Counted from the first letter of the stretch, positions 51,470-64,000 are shown. The stretch: DNA of 64,000 nucleotides from Dictyostelium discoideum (GCA_000004695.1 CM000150.2:2048001-2112000); one strand, 5' to 3'. Program-made: numbers and translations. The notes: a model not told the origin generated them from the sequence alone.

Positions 51470-51543
51470 TATTCAGAGCGGGAATCGAACCCACGACCTA
51501 ATCCGTGTTAAGGATTCGTGATAACCGACTACACCATCCGAAC
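51470..51543 (-). tRNA. tRNA-Val (anticodon AAC), second copy
   Basis: Sequence identical to the tRNA at 16610..16683. T5 terminator downstream on the transcribed strand (plus 51455..51459). Confidence 0.85.
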
Positions 51544-51730
51544 TAATCGTTATTTTTTAATTAGAATAACTACTACCGATTTTTAGACATTCGAATTTAA
51601 AAAAAAAATGATTTTTAAACATGAAAAAAAAAAAAAAAAAAAACGATTTTTAAATTATCAATAATTAATTAATTTATTATTTTATTTGTGTAAAAAAAAA
51701 AAAATTAAAATTTTATAAAATTGATTGCTT

Positions 51731-53526
51731 TTATTTATTTTTTGGAATTATGGACTTGGTATCAGTCTTTCGTGTATAAAAAATAATTAAAATACCAATG
51801 ATAATTGATAAAAGGTTAACAGAAAAACTAATAATGAAAGAAAGTACAAAACAATGATTACCATAGCATTGACCATCAATTGAATTTTCAGAGAGTCTAT
51901 CGTAAACCTTACTGCTAAAAGTACTGAATATTAGTGCACCAGAAGCTGAAGATAATGCCAACTAAAATATTAAAAATAGTGTTAGAATTTATTTATTATT
52001 TTATCAATATTGGTATATAAAAATTATAAAATTAAATTGAAAAAAAAAGTAAATACATACAAAACCGAAATTAAGACCAAATCTTCTTGGACCAAATCTG
52101 AATGTTGCTAATAAAACCATAATTGAAACAATTCCACCATAACCAATACCAGTGAAAAGAGTAGCTGGGTAAAATATAGGTTTTAATTCAAATGCACAAA
52201 CTAAATGAGTTAGTGTAATTATTAAACTTGATAAAACAACACACCAAAATCTTGATACTTTTTTCGAACTATTTATAAAAATAAAAATAAAAATAAAAAT
52301 ATTATTAATACTTTTTTTTCTATTTAAATAATAAATATATATATATATATATATATACATAAATAAATAAACATACATTAAATCTGATAAAAATCCCATT
52401 CCAACTCTACCAATTAAATTACCAATTGAAAAAACAATAACCAAATTACTTTGTGTTGAATCTGGTTCTCGCAAAGATTCAGCCATAATTGCAATATTAT
52501 TTAAAAACATAATACTACAACCACCAGCAAAGAAATAAATTATCCATAAGCCCCAAAATTCAACCATTTTTAATAATTTTAAACCGGAAACATCTCTTTT
52601 ACCATCTAAAAAGTTTGGATTAGAAGTATCAATTGAATTTAGATGTGATGATAAATTTGAATTTGATGGTGATGAAGATAATGAAGAAGATGATGATGAT
52701 GAACCTTCACCCAATAGTTTAGTTTTATCGTTGTTTGATATATTATTATTAGTATTATTATTATTACCATTTGTAATAATACCATTACCACTACCATTTA
52801 AATTACTTTCTTCATCTTTTGAAATTATATATTTTTGTTTTTCATTAATATCATCATCAGATTGATAAGCTTCATTTTGTTGTTTCTTTTGCTGTTCGTT
52901 ATCTTCATTTTCATTAGTTTCATCGAAAATTTCAGGTTCCTCAACACCTTCGATTTTAACAAGTCTTACAATATAAGTTGCAATAAACGATACAATTGAT
53001 AACAGAATTGCAATAAATAATAAATATCCTTCTAAATTAGTTTTAAAGAATAGTTTATAGATTACTCCAAATACACCAGCTGATAACGCAAACATTCCAA
53101 CAAGGACTCCACTAATCTAATTTTTATTTTAGAAAATAATAATAGTTAGTATTTATTTATTATTTATTTATTATTTATTATTTATTTATTATTTATTTAT
53201 TTATTTATTTATTATTTACCTTTCCTCTATGTTTAATACTATAGTTATGAACATTTGCTACAACACATGCAGTAAAACTACCATATGATGATTGACCAAT
53301 AATAAATAAAAAGAATGATAACAAATATACACTACTTGTTATATAACCCTTTACAATTGCCCATACACCCATACAACCAATAACATAAAATATTGTTGCT
53401 AATCCATTTGTAAAAAATGGTCCAAATAAATCGAAAAAGAATCCAACTGTAAGCCCAATATACCTAATTAATTTTATTATTATGTTTTTGAATAGTAAAA
53501 TAAAAAAATAAAAAATTTATTTATGG

Positions 53527-53566
<40 letters not shown>

Positions 53567-54093
53567 AAAAAAAAAAAAAAAAAAAAAAACATATTAAAAT
53601 AATGTTATAATTTTTAAAAAATAAAAGAAAATTCAAATATAAAATTGAAAAATAAATAAATAAATAAATAAAAAACTTACATTCCAACATCACCAATTGA
53701 AATTGCAAGACCAATATCAGTTTGAGAATATTCTAATTTATCTCTAATTTCATTTGAAATAATACTGAAACCATAAAGAGTACCAGAAGCTAAAATTGTT
53801 AAAATTCCCCAAAGTATTGACAAAATACGTTGAGTTTCTACATTTTTTATAAAGTGTGGAGGTTTATAAAATCTATGTAAACTTTTATCTTTTTTTTTTT
53901 TTTGAACGCTGTGTGGTTGTTTTTGCTTTATTGAATTTTTTTCATTCTTTAATAAATTTTTATTTTTTCCAATTGTGCTAATACTATCGACACTTTCATT
54001 TAATGATCTTTCTTCTTCTTCTAATCCTTCTTCGGTTGTAATGGAATAATTTGAATCATTCAATTTACTTAATAAATCCTTATCATTTGTCAT
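51731..54093 (-). CDS. Nodulin-like major facilitator superfamily transporter, paralogue A. Exons 53681..54093, 53220..53463, 52377..53116, 52061..52268, 51731..51961
   Basis: Five-exon structure identical to paralogue B. Exon 1 carries the nodulin-like N-terminal domain (ILASGTLYGFSIISNEIRDKLEYSQTDIGLAISIGDVGM). Later exons give 12 TM-type segments (YIGLTVGFFFDLFGPFF..., WGLWIIYFFAGGCSIMFLNNIAIMAE, FSIGNLIGRVGMGFLSDL, ITLTHLVCAFELKPIFYPATLFTGIGYGGIVSIMVLLATFRFGPRRFGLNFGF). There is a hydrophilic N/S-rich central loop. Confidence 0.7.
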
Positions 54094-54920
54094 AATTACT
54101 AAAAATTGTTTTTTTATTTATTTTTTTATTTTTTTATTTATTATTATTATTTTTTATTTTTTAAATTATATGAAAAACAAAAAAAAATATTTTCACATTT
54201 AATTTTTTTTTGTTATACTGTTTTTTTTTTTAATAATATTATAAATAAAAAAAAAAAAAAAAAATTTTATTTTATATTAAAGAATTATTTTATTTTTTTA
54301 TTTAAAAAATGTTTTTATAATAATTTATTTTATGAAAAGTTTATTATTATTTGTGTGTTTAAAATTTTTTATATTTTTAGTAGATATATTTATTTTTTAT
54401 TTTTTTACCTAGTTTATTATATAATAATTTAATTTCATCTGGATTGGAAAAATGGAATTTTTTTTTTTTTTTTCAATCAGTTTCGGTTTGTTCAAAATTA
54501 GTAAAAAAAAAAATTTAAAATTAATTAAAAAAAAAAAAAAAAAAATGTTAAAAAAAAAAAAAGAAAATATCTTTCCAATAAACCATGGTTATGAGAATAA
54601 AAGAGAGATCTAGATTCTTTTTAAAATGATTATTATTGTAATTGACATTTTTGACATTTTAAAAAAATTATTTTGTTGTAAAAAAAAAAAAAAAAAAAAA
54701 AAAAATTAAAATTAAAAAAAAAAAAAAAAAAAATAAAAAATAAAATAAAAAAAACAAACATGCAAAGCCGAAAACGACTGTAAAAAGAAGAAAAAAAAAT
54801 TGTACTTTTTTTTCTGTTTTTTTTTTAATAGATTATTAATTCTAATAATTTTATTTTTTTTCATTTTTTTTTTTCATTTTTTTTAATTATAAAAAATAAA
54901 ATTTTTTTATTTTTTTTTTT

Positions 54921-55447
54921 AATTATAAAAATTTGATTTTATAATTTTCATTTAAATTGTAAATTAATTTTATAAAATTTAATAAATACTTTTAAAACAA
55001 AATTCATCAGTGACTGGAATTGATTCAATAATTTATATTTTTTAAAGCTTTTTTATTTAAACCATAAATTCCATTTTCAAATTTTTTTATTGCTCTAAAT
55101 GTTGAAATTTTTTTATTGCTCCTAAAAATTGTTTTTTTTTTTTTTTTTAGGTTTTAATTTACCAAGATTTATTTTAAAAAAAAAAATTTAAAAAATAATA
55201 ATATATTTTTGTTAGTATTTTAATAATTAATAATTTTTTTTTTTTTTTTTTTAAATTATTAAAAATTTGATTTTATAGTTTTGATTTAAATTGTAAATTA
55301 ATTTTAAAATATTTTAATAAAACACTTATAAAAAAAATTCGTCAGTGATTTAATTTTATCATTATAATTTATAATTTTTAATTCTTTTTCATTTAAACTA
55401 TAAATTCCATTTTCAAATTTTTTCATTGTTCTAAATGTTTAAATTTT
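54921..55447. repeat. Intergenic direct repeat, two copies of about 190 bp separated by about 140 bp, between the two transporter paralogues
   Basis: 54921..55112 and 55254..55447 share ...aaatttgattttata(a/g)ttt(tc/g)atttaaattgtaaattaatttta(t)aaa(a)tttaataaa...ttc(a/g)tcagtga...ataaattccattttcaaattttt...ctaaatgtt(g/t)aaatttt. Confidence 0.6.
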
Positions 55448-56623
55448 AGAAAAAATTGGAAAATATACTTCGACTTGTTTCTCAATAATATGAATAACTT
55501 TAACTTCAATGCCAAGTTCATGTAAATGACAACCAAATAAAGTATTTAAATCATGGCAAACTGATCCTGAATTATTAATCAGCAATTCCCTAATAACAAT
55601 ATCAATTTCTAATGATAAAGTTCCGCCTATAACTATAATTACAAAATGGAAAAACCGTTGCAAATCTTAATTGTAAGAATTCAATATCTTTTAAAGATTT
55701 TATATATTTAAATTTAATTTGTTAAATATTAACTCTTTAATATTAATATTTTTTTCTATACAAGTTTTTCATATTGAATTATAATCCATTTTATTTTTTA
55801 TTTGATATTTTTAAAATATTTTGGAAAATAAAAATTTCAAAAAATTTTTTATTTTATAAATCACAATAGTAGTTATTTTTAAAATTAATTAAAAAATATA
55901 TTAAAAAATATAATATTTATTTGTGAAAAATAAAAAATTAGGTGTTAATTTTTGAAAAAAAGGTGTTTTGGGGTGTAAAAAAAAAATAAAAAAAATAAAA
56001 AAAAACGTCAACCCCATACAAATACAAAACACCTTTTTTTCGACACCTAAATTTTAATTATTCACGTTTAAATTAAAAAAAAGTCTTCATTATTTGCACA
56101 CGTGTGCAATAATAATAAAAGTCAATAAAAAACAAATTAATTTGAAAAGGATCTCAAAAATTTAATTTTGAAAATTTAACCCTTTCATTTAATTCGGATT
56201 TTATAAAACGCGTTAACTATTTAATTATAATCGTAAATAATTATTTGTTTAAAGTTTTTTTTAAAATTTTAAAAGAGAAATTTTTTTTTTTTTTATTTTA
56301 ATTAAAATTGTTAGATTGGAGATTTCAAAAAAATGATAGATTAAATTAGGAATAGTGTGCAAGTTAGAAAATTAGATCTAAATTTCTAACTTTTTGTTTT
56401 TTATTTATATTTTTTTTTTTTTGTTTTTTTTTTTAAAAAATTAATACCTTAAATTTGTTATTTGTTTTTCAGATTTTAATTTTTATTTGTTATTATTTTT
56501 TTAAAATATTAATTTTAATTAAATTATTTTTGAGATATTTTTAATTATAATTTAATTAAATTTTTAAAATAATAAAAAAAAAAATAAAAAAAAATAAAAA
56601 AAAGTATTGTTTTTTGGTAATAC

Positions 56624-58348
56624 CTATTTACTTTTATTTAATTCCTTTTTATCTGTTTTTTTAGTATAATAAATAAGGAAAAGCCCAATAATAACTGATA
56701 ATAAATTCAAAGCAAAACTTAAAAGGAAAGAAACTTCGAAACAATGATTACCATAACATTTACTATCAACTGAATTTTCTGAAAGGCCATCATAAATTTT
56801 ACTACTAACTGTACTAAAAATTAAAGAACCAGATGCTGAAGATAAAGCCAACTATAATAATAATAATAGTAATAATAAAAATATGTTAGTTTTTTATTAA
56901 TTTATTTTTTAAAAAAAAAAAAAAGTGCAATAGTTAATTGAAAAAAAAAAGTAAATACATACAAAACCGAAATTAAGACCAAATCTTCTTGGGCCAAATC
57001 TGAATGATGCTAATAAAACCATAATTGAAACAATTCCACCATAACCAATACCAGTTAATATAGTAGCTGGATAAAGTAATGGTTTTAATTCAAAAGCACA
57101 AATTAAATGAGTTATTGTAAGAACTAAACTTGATAAAACAACACACCAAAATCTTGAAACTCTCTTTGATCTATTATTAATAAAATGATTAAAATTAATA
57201 TTGAAGTTTTTTTAATTAATTTATATATATTTATAATATACATACATTAAATCCGATAAAAATCCCATTCCAACTCTACCAATTAAATTACCAATTGAAA
57301 AAACAATAACTAAATTACTATGGACTGAATCTGATTCTTTCATTGCTTCAGCCATAATTGCAATATTATTTAAAAACATAATACTTAAACCACCAGCAAA
57401 GAAATAAATTATCCATAAACCCCAAAATTCAATCATTTTTAATAATTTAAAACCTGAAATATCTCTTTTACCATCTAAAAAGTTTGGAATAGAAGTATCA
57501 ATTGAATTTTGATTATGTGATGATATTGTTGAATTTGAATTTGGTTGTTGTAATGATTCTGATGAATTTGAAGAAGATGATGATGATGATGATGAGGATA
57601 TTGAAGATGATGAACCATCCAAAACAAATTTAGATTTAGTATCACTATTACCACTACCTTCTAAATTACTTTCTTCATCTTTTGAATTTATAATTTTTAA
57701 TGGTTTTTCTTTATTAACTTCATCATTTTCATTTTGTTGTTGTTGTTTTTGTTTATCATTTTCATCATCATCTTGATTACTATGATTAAGTATTTCAGGT
57801 TCTTCAACACCTTCAATTCTAACGAGTCTTACAATATATGTAGCAATTAATGATACAATTGATAATAGAATAGCCATAAATAATAAATATCCACCCAAAT
57901 CATCTTCAAAGAATAATTTATAGATTAAACTAAACACAGCAGCTGATAATGCAAACATTCCACATAATATTCCACTAATCTAAAATTTTAAAAATTAATA
58001 ATAAAAATAATAAAATTAATTAATATATTATAAAAATCTCTTAATTTTTAATTTTTTTTTAATTTTTTAAATTTATAATTTACCTTTCCTCTATGTAAAA
58101 TATTATAGTTATGAACATTTGCAACAACACATGCAGTAAAAGTTCCATATGATGATTGACCAATTAAAAATAAAAAGAATGCTAATAATCCTACACTACT
58201 TGAAATGTGACCCTTTACAAGTGCCCAAACCCCAGTACAACCAATTACATATAATACAGTTGCTAATGCATTTGTAAAAAATGGTCCGAAAAAATCGAAA
58301 AATAATCCAACTGTAAGACCAATATACCTATAATTTTATTATTATTAT

Positions 58349-58406
<58 letters not shown>

Positions 58407-58869
58407 GGTAAAAATTAGACAATTAATATTTTATTAAAAATTAAATATAATATAAAATTAAAACTTACATTCCAACATCACCCATTGAAATTGCAAGGGC
58501 AATATCAGTTTGAGAATATCCTAATGTATCTCTAACTTCATTTGAAATTGTACTAAATCCATACAAAGTTCCAGAAGCTAAAATTGCAAAAATACCCCAT
58601 GCCAATGACAAAATACGTTGAACTTTTACATTTTTAATAAAATGTGGAGGTTTATAAAATCTATGTAAACTTTGATCTTTTTTTGGTTTAATTTTTTTAT
58701 TTTCTTTAATTGAAATTTCAGTAGATTCTAAATTATTTGATTTTCCATTATTTCCAAAACTATCAACACTTTCACCCAAGGACCTTTCTTCCAACTCTAA
58801 TTCCTCTGTAGTAACAGAATAATTTGAATCCTTCAGTTTATTTAATGTTGGATTTATTTCATTTGTCAT
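56624..58869 (-). CDS. Nodulin-like major facilitator superfamily transporter, paralogue B. Exons 58469..58869, 58084..58327, 57246..57979, 56963..57170, 56624..56851
   Basis: Exon 1 ...ILASGTLYGFSTISNEVRDTLGYSQTDIALAISMGDVG with GTAAGT donor in phase 2. Exon 2 MYIGLTVGLFFDFFGPFFTNALATVLYVIGCTGVWALVKGHISS...HRGK. Exon 3 ISGILCGMFALSAAVF...GFLSDL. Exon 4 ISKRVSRFWCVVLSSL...FGPRRFGLNFGF. Exon 5 LALSSASGSLIFSTVSSKIYDG...YYTKKTDKKELNKSK. All junctions are GT..AG and in phase. About 75% protein identity to paralogue A. Confidence 0.8.
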
Positions 58870-58871
58870 TT

Positions 58872-58921
<50 letters not shown>

Positions 58922-58985
58922 ATAATACCTTTAAAACTTGAAAAAAGAACTACTTTCACATTTAATTATTTTTAGCTCTATTTTT

Positions 58986-59018
<33 letters not shown>

Positions 59019-60025
59019 ATTATAATTTTTTTTTTTTTATTTTTTTTTTTATTTTATTTTTTTTTTATTTTATTTTTATTTTATTTTATTTTTATTTTTA
59101 TTTTATTTGTTTGCGAATAATTTTTATTTTTTTTTGTGTTATTTGTTGTTATTATTTTTTTATTTTTTTATTTTGAGATTTAATTTTTTTTTTTTTATTT
59201 GTTTTTTTTTTTTTTTATAATTTTACATGTATTAATAATATATAGTTGGTTGTTGTTATTATTATTACTATTTATTTTTTAATACTTTAACAAATAATAA
59301 TAATAACTTTGATTAATTGGATTAAAAAACAAGAAAATGTCAAAAAAAAATTTCTTTTTAATCATTTCCCAATTCGGTTGTTCAAAAAAAAAAAAATAAA
59401 AAAATAAAAAAAAAATAAAAATAGATACTGAAAAAAAAAAAGAAAAAAACTTTTTAGAAAAGAAAAGGAAGATCTGGATTTCATTTATTAATTTGGATAT
59501 TATTATAATTTACATTTAATTTATTTTTTTATTCATATGAATAAAAATTTATCTATTTTTTTTAATTTAATTTAATTTAATTTTTTTTTTTTTTTTTTTT
59601 TTTTTTTTCATTTTTTAGTTTTTTTTTGTTTTTTTTTTTTGTGGTTATTTTTAACTGTTTTTCGAAATTAATCTTGAGCGGTTTGAAAAAAAAAAAATTC
59701 CAAATTTGTATATTTTAAAAGAGATGAAGAGTGTAGGCAAAATTCGAAAATATAAATTTAGATATACATGATTCGGAGGAAAAAAAATAAAATAAAATAA
59801 AATAAAATTAAATAAAAAAAAAAAATAATTTGGATCCGAAGCAGTATTGAAGCAATATCAAGTTTCCTGGTCTGAAAATAATTTCAATTAAAAAAATAAT
59901 AACTGATCATAAATAAATAAATTAAAAAAATAAATAAAAAAAAAAGTGTTCTTTGGAATTTGTAAAGTTTTTATTATATTAATTATATTTTATTATTATT
60001 ATTATTTTTTATTTATTTATTTATT

Positions 60026-60078
<53 letters not shown>

Positions 60079-60111
60079 ATTATTATCCAGTTTTAAAATA
60101 AGTTAGTTTGT

Positions 60112-61504
60112 TTAATTTAAATTATTTTTTGGTTTATATTGATCTAATAAAATTCTTATAATTGGTTGTTTACGAATTTCTTCACGAATTAAAGAAGGTG
60201 AAGTGAATTTTCCAGAAGCTAAAAGTAAAGCAACTGGAACTATTGATTTTACTTTTGATTCATCACAAAATTCAATATGACGATAAACTGGTAACTCTTT
60301 AATTTCTATTGGTAATTCAGAGGTTGTATTAATTGAATAAACTGAACGTAATAAGAATTGACGTGCCATCTCTTCATTATTTAAATCCATTATACTATTT
60401 ATAATACCACAAGATCTAAAAAACAATTTATTATTTGTTAAACCTAAATCAATCATTCTATTACCATAGACTTTACCAGCCAATACAAATCCACCAGTTG
60501 TTAATGAATTTAAAATGCATTTTAATGAAATTTCATTAAAACATGGTAACCCATTTAAAACTTGATTATTTGTTAATTTAATTTTAATTAAATTTATATT
60601 TTTTTTAAGTAATTCATCTTCTTGATGATTTGTTCCTGGAAACTGTTGTTCTTGATTATTAATAAAATAAAGTAAATGAATTGATTGATTTTTAAAATTA
60701 TCATTTAAAATTGGTAAAATTTCAGATTTGAATTGATTAAATTCTTCATTTGATGAAATTGAAATTACTATAGTATCATTTGAATTTGAATTTTTTAAAA
60801 TTGTTTCCAAGAAATTTGATTGTGATATTTTATATTGTTCAGATACTGATGATAAATCACCATCACGATTTTCCATAACTTTCCAACCACTAATTTTTTC
60901 ATTATCATCACCACCACCGGTACCATTTTGATTCATTAAAAAACCACAGACATCTAATGGACGAGCACCAAATGTTGGTAAAGTTTCAGAAGCATCAATA
61001 AATCCAACAATACCTAATGATTGTGGTGCTAAATAATATAAATGACCAATTTTTGATTTTAAACTATTACCAACATTATCAATAATCTTTGAAATTGATT
61101 CAATATTATAATAAGTTTCACGTAATGTAATTTCATAACTTTTTAATATTAATTTTAATTTTTCATCATCATCATCATCATCATCATCACCATCATTATT
61201 ATTATTATTATTTAATAATGTTAATGGAAATTCAATTGATTTCCATTTATTTAAAACTAGTGTAAAAATTAATTCTAATAAAATTTTAGTACCAGTACCA
61301 GATTTCATTCTAGTTGAACCAGTTAATGGTTCTGGACCAAAGATTGGATTTAAAATGAAATAATCTAATTTTTCATTTTTAGAAATTTGTAATTCTCTTT
61401 GTTGATTTAATTGAATTACAATATCATTAAATGAATAATCCCATTTTTCAATTTTAATTTTTCTAGCCAATTCAATTGGATTAAATCCCATTAATGATAT
61501 AATA

Positions 61505-61553
<49 letters not shown>

Positions 61554-62076
61554 TTAAATCTAATAAATATTTTAATTGTGATGCAACATATGGTGCACTG
61601 AAACCACAAGTTACACCAATATAAACTAGTATTTCTTTTTTATTGCTTTCAGATTGACCGATTTGTGATTTAATATCTTTTAATGCTTGATCAATATTAT
61701 CTTCAGCACCTTCCATACCAACTGTTAAACATAGATCACCACCTGCAATTAAATAATTGAATCTAATTGAATTTGTGAATCCTTTCTCTTTGAGAATTTT
61801 ATTGAATGAACGTGATATGAAGAATGCTAATCTTCCACTTGTACCTGCACCTGTTGTAACAACGTTAATACTATAACCTTGATTTAATCTATCAACAATT
61901 CTATCTACTAATGATTTAATCTCATTTTGAATAGATTGATCATTCAATGATTGATAATCTAAATATCCTGAAAAAATTTGTGAATCACATTGTCTTAATA
62001 ATCTAAGTATTCCAACACTATTAACTTTATCTAAATCTTTTGTTAATTCATTTATTCTTTCTGTTATTGATGTCAT
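60112..62076 (-). CDS. Glucokinase-regulatory-protein-like / MurQ-like protein with two SIS (sugar isomerase) domains
   Basis: 654-aa single ORF. SIS-1 has VVTTGAGTSGRLAFFISRSFN and IAGGD...VYIGVTCGFSAPYVASQ. The second SIS-like half has ...YYLAPQSLGIVGFIDASE...LLASGKF. PolyQ and poly-D inserts are present. The MurQ/GCKR hallmark GAGTSGR(L/I)(A/G) is present. Confidence 0.7.
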
Positions 62077-62241
62077 TTTTTTTTTTTTTAAAAAAGTAAT
62101 AAGTAAACAATATTAAAAAAAAATGAAAAATGAAAAATGAAAAATGAAAAATAAAAACCAAAAAAAAACAATCAAAATAAAAAATTAAAAAAAAAAATAA
62201 AATAAAATAAAATTTAAAAAAAAAAAAAAAAAATATCTTTG

Positions 62242-62640
62242 GTAATTGGTGATATGGTAATAAAATTTATGCTAAAAAAGTAGTAGACCCCAATTTGTTG
62301 GGATATAAAAAAAATTAATAAATTTAAAAAAAAAGAATATCAGTTTAATAAAATTAATATTTGTATAAAAAAACAACCCACAATTAAACCTTTATATCAC
62401 AATATTTTTTAACAGGTTGACAAGTTTGAGAAATTTCAATATTTTGATAAGATGGAAACATTGGTGATGGAGGTTGTGGCTCCATTGCTAAAATTTGTTT
62501 AATTGATTTATAAGGTTTTATTTGACTTTCTGTTGGAAATGAAAAATTGTTATCTTTAAATGGATAACTTCCTACATTACCACCACCACCACTATTTGAA
62601 GGTGAAAATGTAATGGAAGCGGTACTACCTAGAAGGACTT
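62242..62640 (-). pseudogene. Truncated duplicate of the INO80C/Ies6-like gene first exon plus its downstream flank
   Basis: 62390..62640 is about 93% identical to 63680..63905 (...SPSNSGGGGNVGSYPFKDNNFSFPTESQIKPYKSIKQILAMEPQPPSPMFPSYQNIEISQTCQPVKKYCDI...), but the TGLI|GTAAGT splice donor is mutated to KV-stop/GTGGGT and the last exon is missing. 62242..62330 matches 63308..63380, downstream of the functional copy. Confidence 0.5.
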
Positions 62641-63459
62641 ATAATTTAATTTAATATGATAAAAGATTTATTTTTTTTTATTAATGTTATTAAAGGAAAT
62701 ATATATAACTTTTGTATTTAATTTAATAGTTTTTAGAATTTATTTATTTATTTTAATTATTTTTTCATTTTTTCTACTAAAATATTGTATATTAGTTTAG
62801 TTTGGTTGATCCAATTTAATTGCTCTTTCAAGAGAATATAACCCTTTTCACTTGAGAAAATTTTTTTGAATTCATTTTTTCATAAAATTCCTACCTCTCC
62901 AATTTATCTGGACCCAATTTACTTTGATATTTTGGAAAATTTTATCTTTTTCTTTTAATGCCATGGAATACTCAGAGAGAGCTTCTTCATGTTCTTCAAC
63001 AGTTTCGGTTAGTTTTTTTTTTTAATTCATCTCTTTCTTTTACTACGATTTTATATTGTTTGTCGAGTTGGAAAATAATTAAAATTTTAATAAACAAGTA
63101 AAGAAATCTGAATTTAAATAAAGTATAATTGGAATACAACATAAATCATAAATAAAAAAATTGGAATTTTTGCAATGTAAATAAATTACATAACAATTAC
63201 ATCCATCAATCTATTTCTATAATGATTATGTTTATTTTCCCTTGATGTGAACTGTTGCACGTTCATTTTCCTGCAGGTGGGGAATTGGAGATTTAATTCG
63301 TATTTTTGGTAATTGGTGATATGGTAATAAAATTTAAACTTTAAAAAAAAATATATTGGTAGACCTCAATTTGTTTGGATATAACAAAAAATGAATAAAT
63401 TTAAAAATAAACAAAAATTCTGTTTATAAATCTTTTTTTTTTTTTTATTAATTTCATAT

Positions 63460-64000
63460 TTATCTATAACCACTCTTTCTTAAACCTAAATAACTTTGTT
63501 TAACATTATCTGTAAAAGAATGAATTAATTGATAAACTGATGAATCATAATATCTTAAAGATGATGTTGGGTCAACATAATTTGACTGAAAAAAGAAAAA
63601 AAAAAAAAAAAAATTAATATCAATTTTATAAAATTAAGATTAATATTAATTGAAAAAAAAAAATAACTTACAATTAAACCAGTTATATCACAATATTTTT
63701 TAACAGGTTGACAAGTTTGAGAAACTTCAATATTTTGATAAGATGGAAACATTGGTGATGGAGGTTGTGGTTCCATTGCTAAAATTTGTTTAATTGATTT
63801 ATAAGGTTTTTTTTGACTTTCTGTTGGAAATGAGAAATTGTTATCTTTAAATGGATAACTTCCTTCATTACCACCACCACCACTATTTGAAGGTGAAAAT
63901 TCTGATGTCAACTTTTTTCTACCTGGTTTCTTTTTTGGTGTTGAAATTGTTAATGGTGTTGGTGGTACTGATACATTTGGTGAATTTGTAGGTTTCTTTT
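63460..64000 (-). CDS. INO80 complex subunit C / Ies6-like (YL1-C domain), partial; the 5' end lies beyond the window. Exons 63671..64000+, 63460..63585
   Basis: Open frame from the window edge (...KKPTNSPNVSVPPTPLTISTPKKKPGRKKLTSEFSPSNSGGGG...QTCQPVKKYCDITGLI) to a GTAAGT donor, then the last exon SNYVDPTSSLRYYDSSVYQLIHSFTDNVKQSYLGLRKSGYR-stop. KKYCDITGL...YVDPTSSLRY is the YL1_C signature. The track start at 63911 is a TTG artefact. Confidence 0.6.

Noticed and set aside
62880-63010. Minus-strand open segment LTETVEEHEEALSEYSMALKEKDKIFQNIKVNWVQINWRG ending at a GTAGGA donor
   Set aside because: It looks exon-like, but there is a stop immediately upstream, no ATG, and I could not find partner exons. 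The evidence is insufficient to call a gene.

Overview
This window reads as nuclear DNA from a dictyostelid social amoeba (Dictyostelium discoideum-like). Overall GC is about 22%, genes are dense, introns are short, AT-rich and GT..AG, and coding (CAA)n/(AAT)n microsatellites give polyQ/polyN tracts. I can support about 27 protein-coding genes. Recognisable ones: Obg-like ATPase OLA1, a plant-type cycloeucalenol cycloisomerase, a Rab GTPase, a CCDC86/Cgr1-like protein, a 1750-aa low-complexity UBA-like protein, GatB, an RBPMS-like 2xRRM protein, the MTG1 GTPase, APC10, a KDM5/JARID histone demethylase, a GH38 alpha-mannosidase, an FNIP-repeat protein, two tandem nodulin-like MFS transporters, a GCKR/MurQ-like double-SIS protein, and an INO80C/Ies6 gene that runs off the window end. 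There are four minus-strand tRNA genes: Val-AAC twice, Val-TAC and Asp-GTC. Two of the Val genes each carry a 5'-truncated TRE3-like non-LTR retroelement 50-63 bp downstream. Between them lies a mobile-element graveyard (19.6-25.3 kb) containing a GC-rich (~40%) island with an intact YqaJ/lambda-exonuclease-like ORF tightly coupled to an unknown ORF. Elsewhere there is a decayed tandem pseudogene copy of a family gene with a TIR/TSD-bounded 710-bp insertion, a truncated duplicate of the INO80C first exon, and several tandem or inverted repeats. The ORF track accepts alternative start codons (e.g. TTG), so several of its 'M' starts are internal exon positions. Splice junctions below were worked out by hand and may be off by a few nucleotides.
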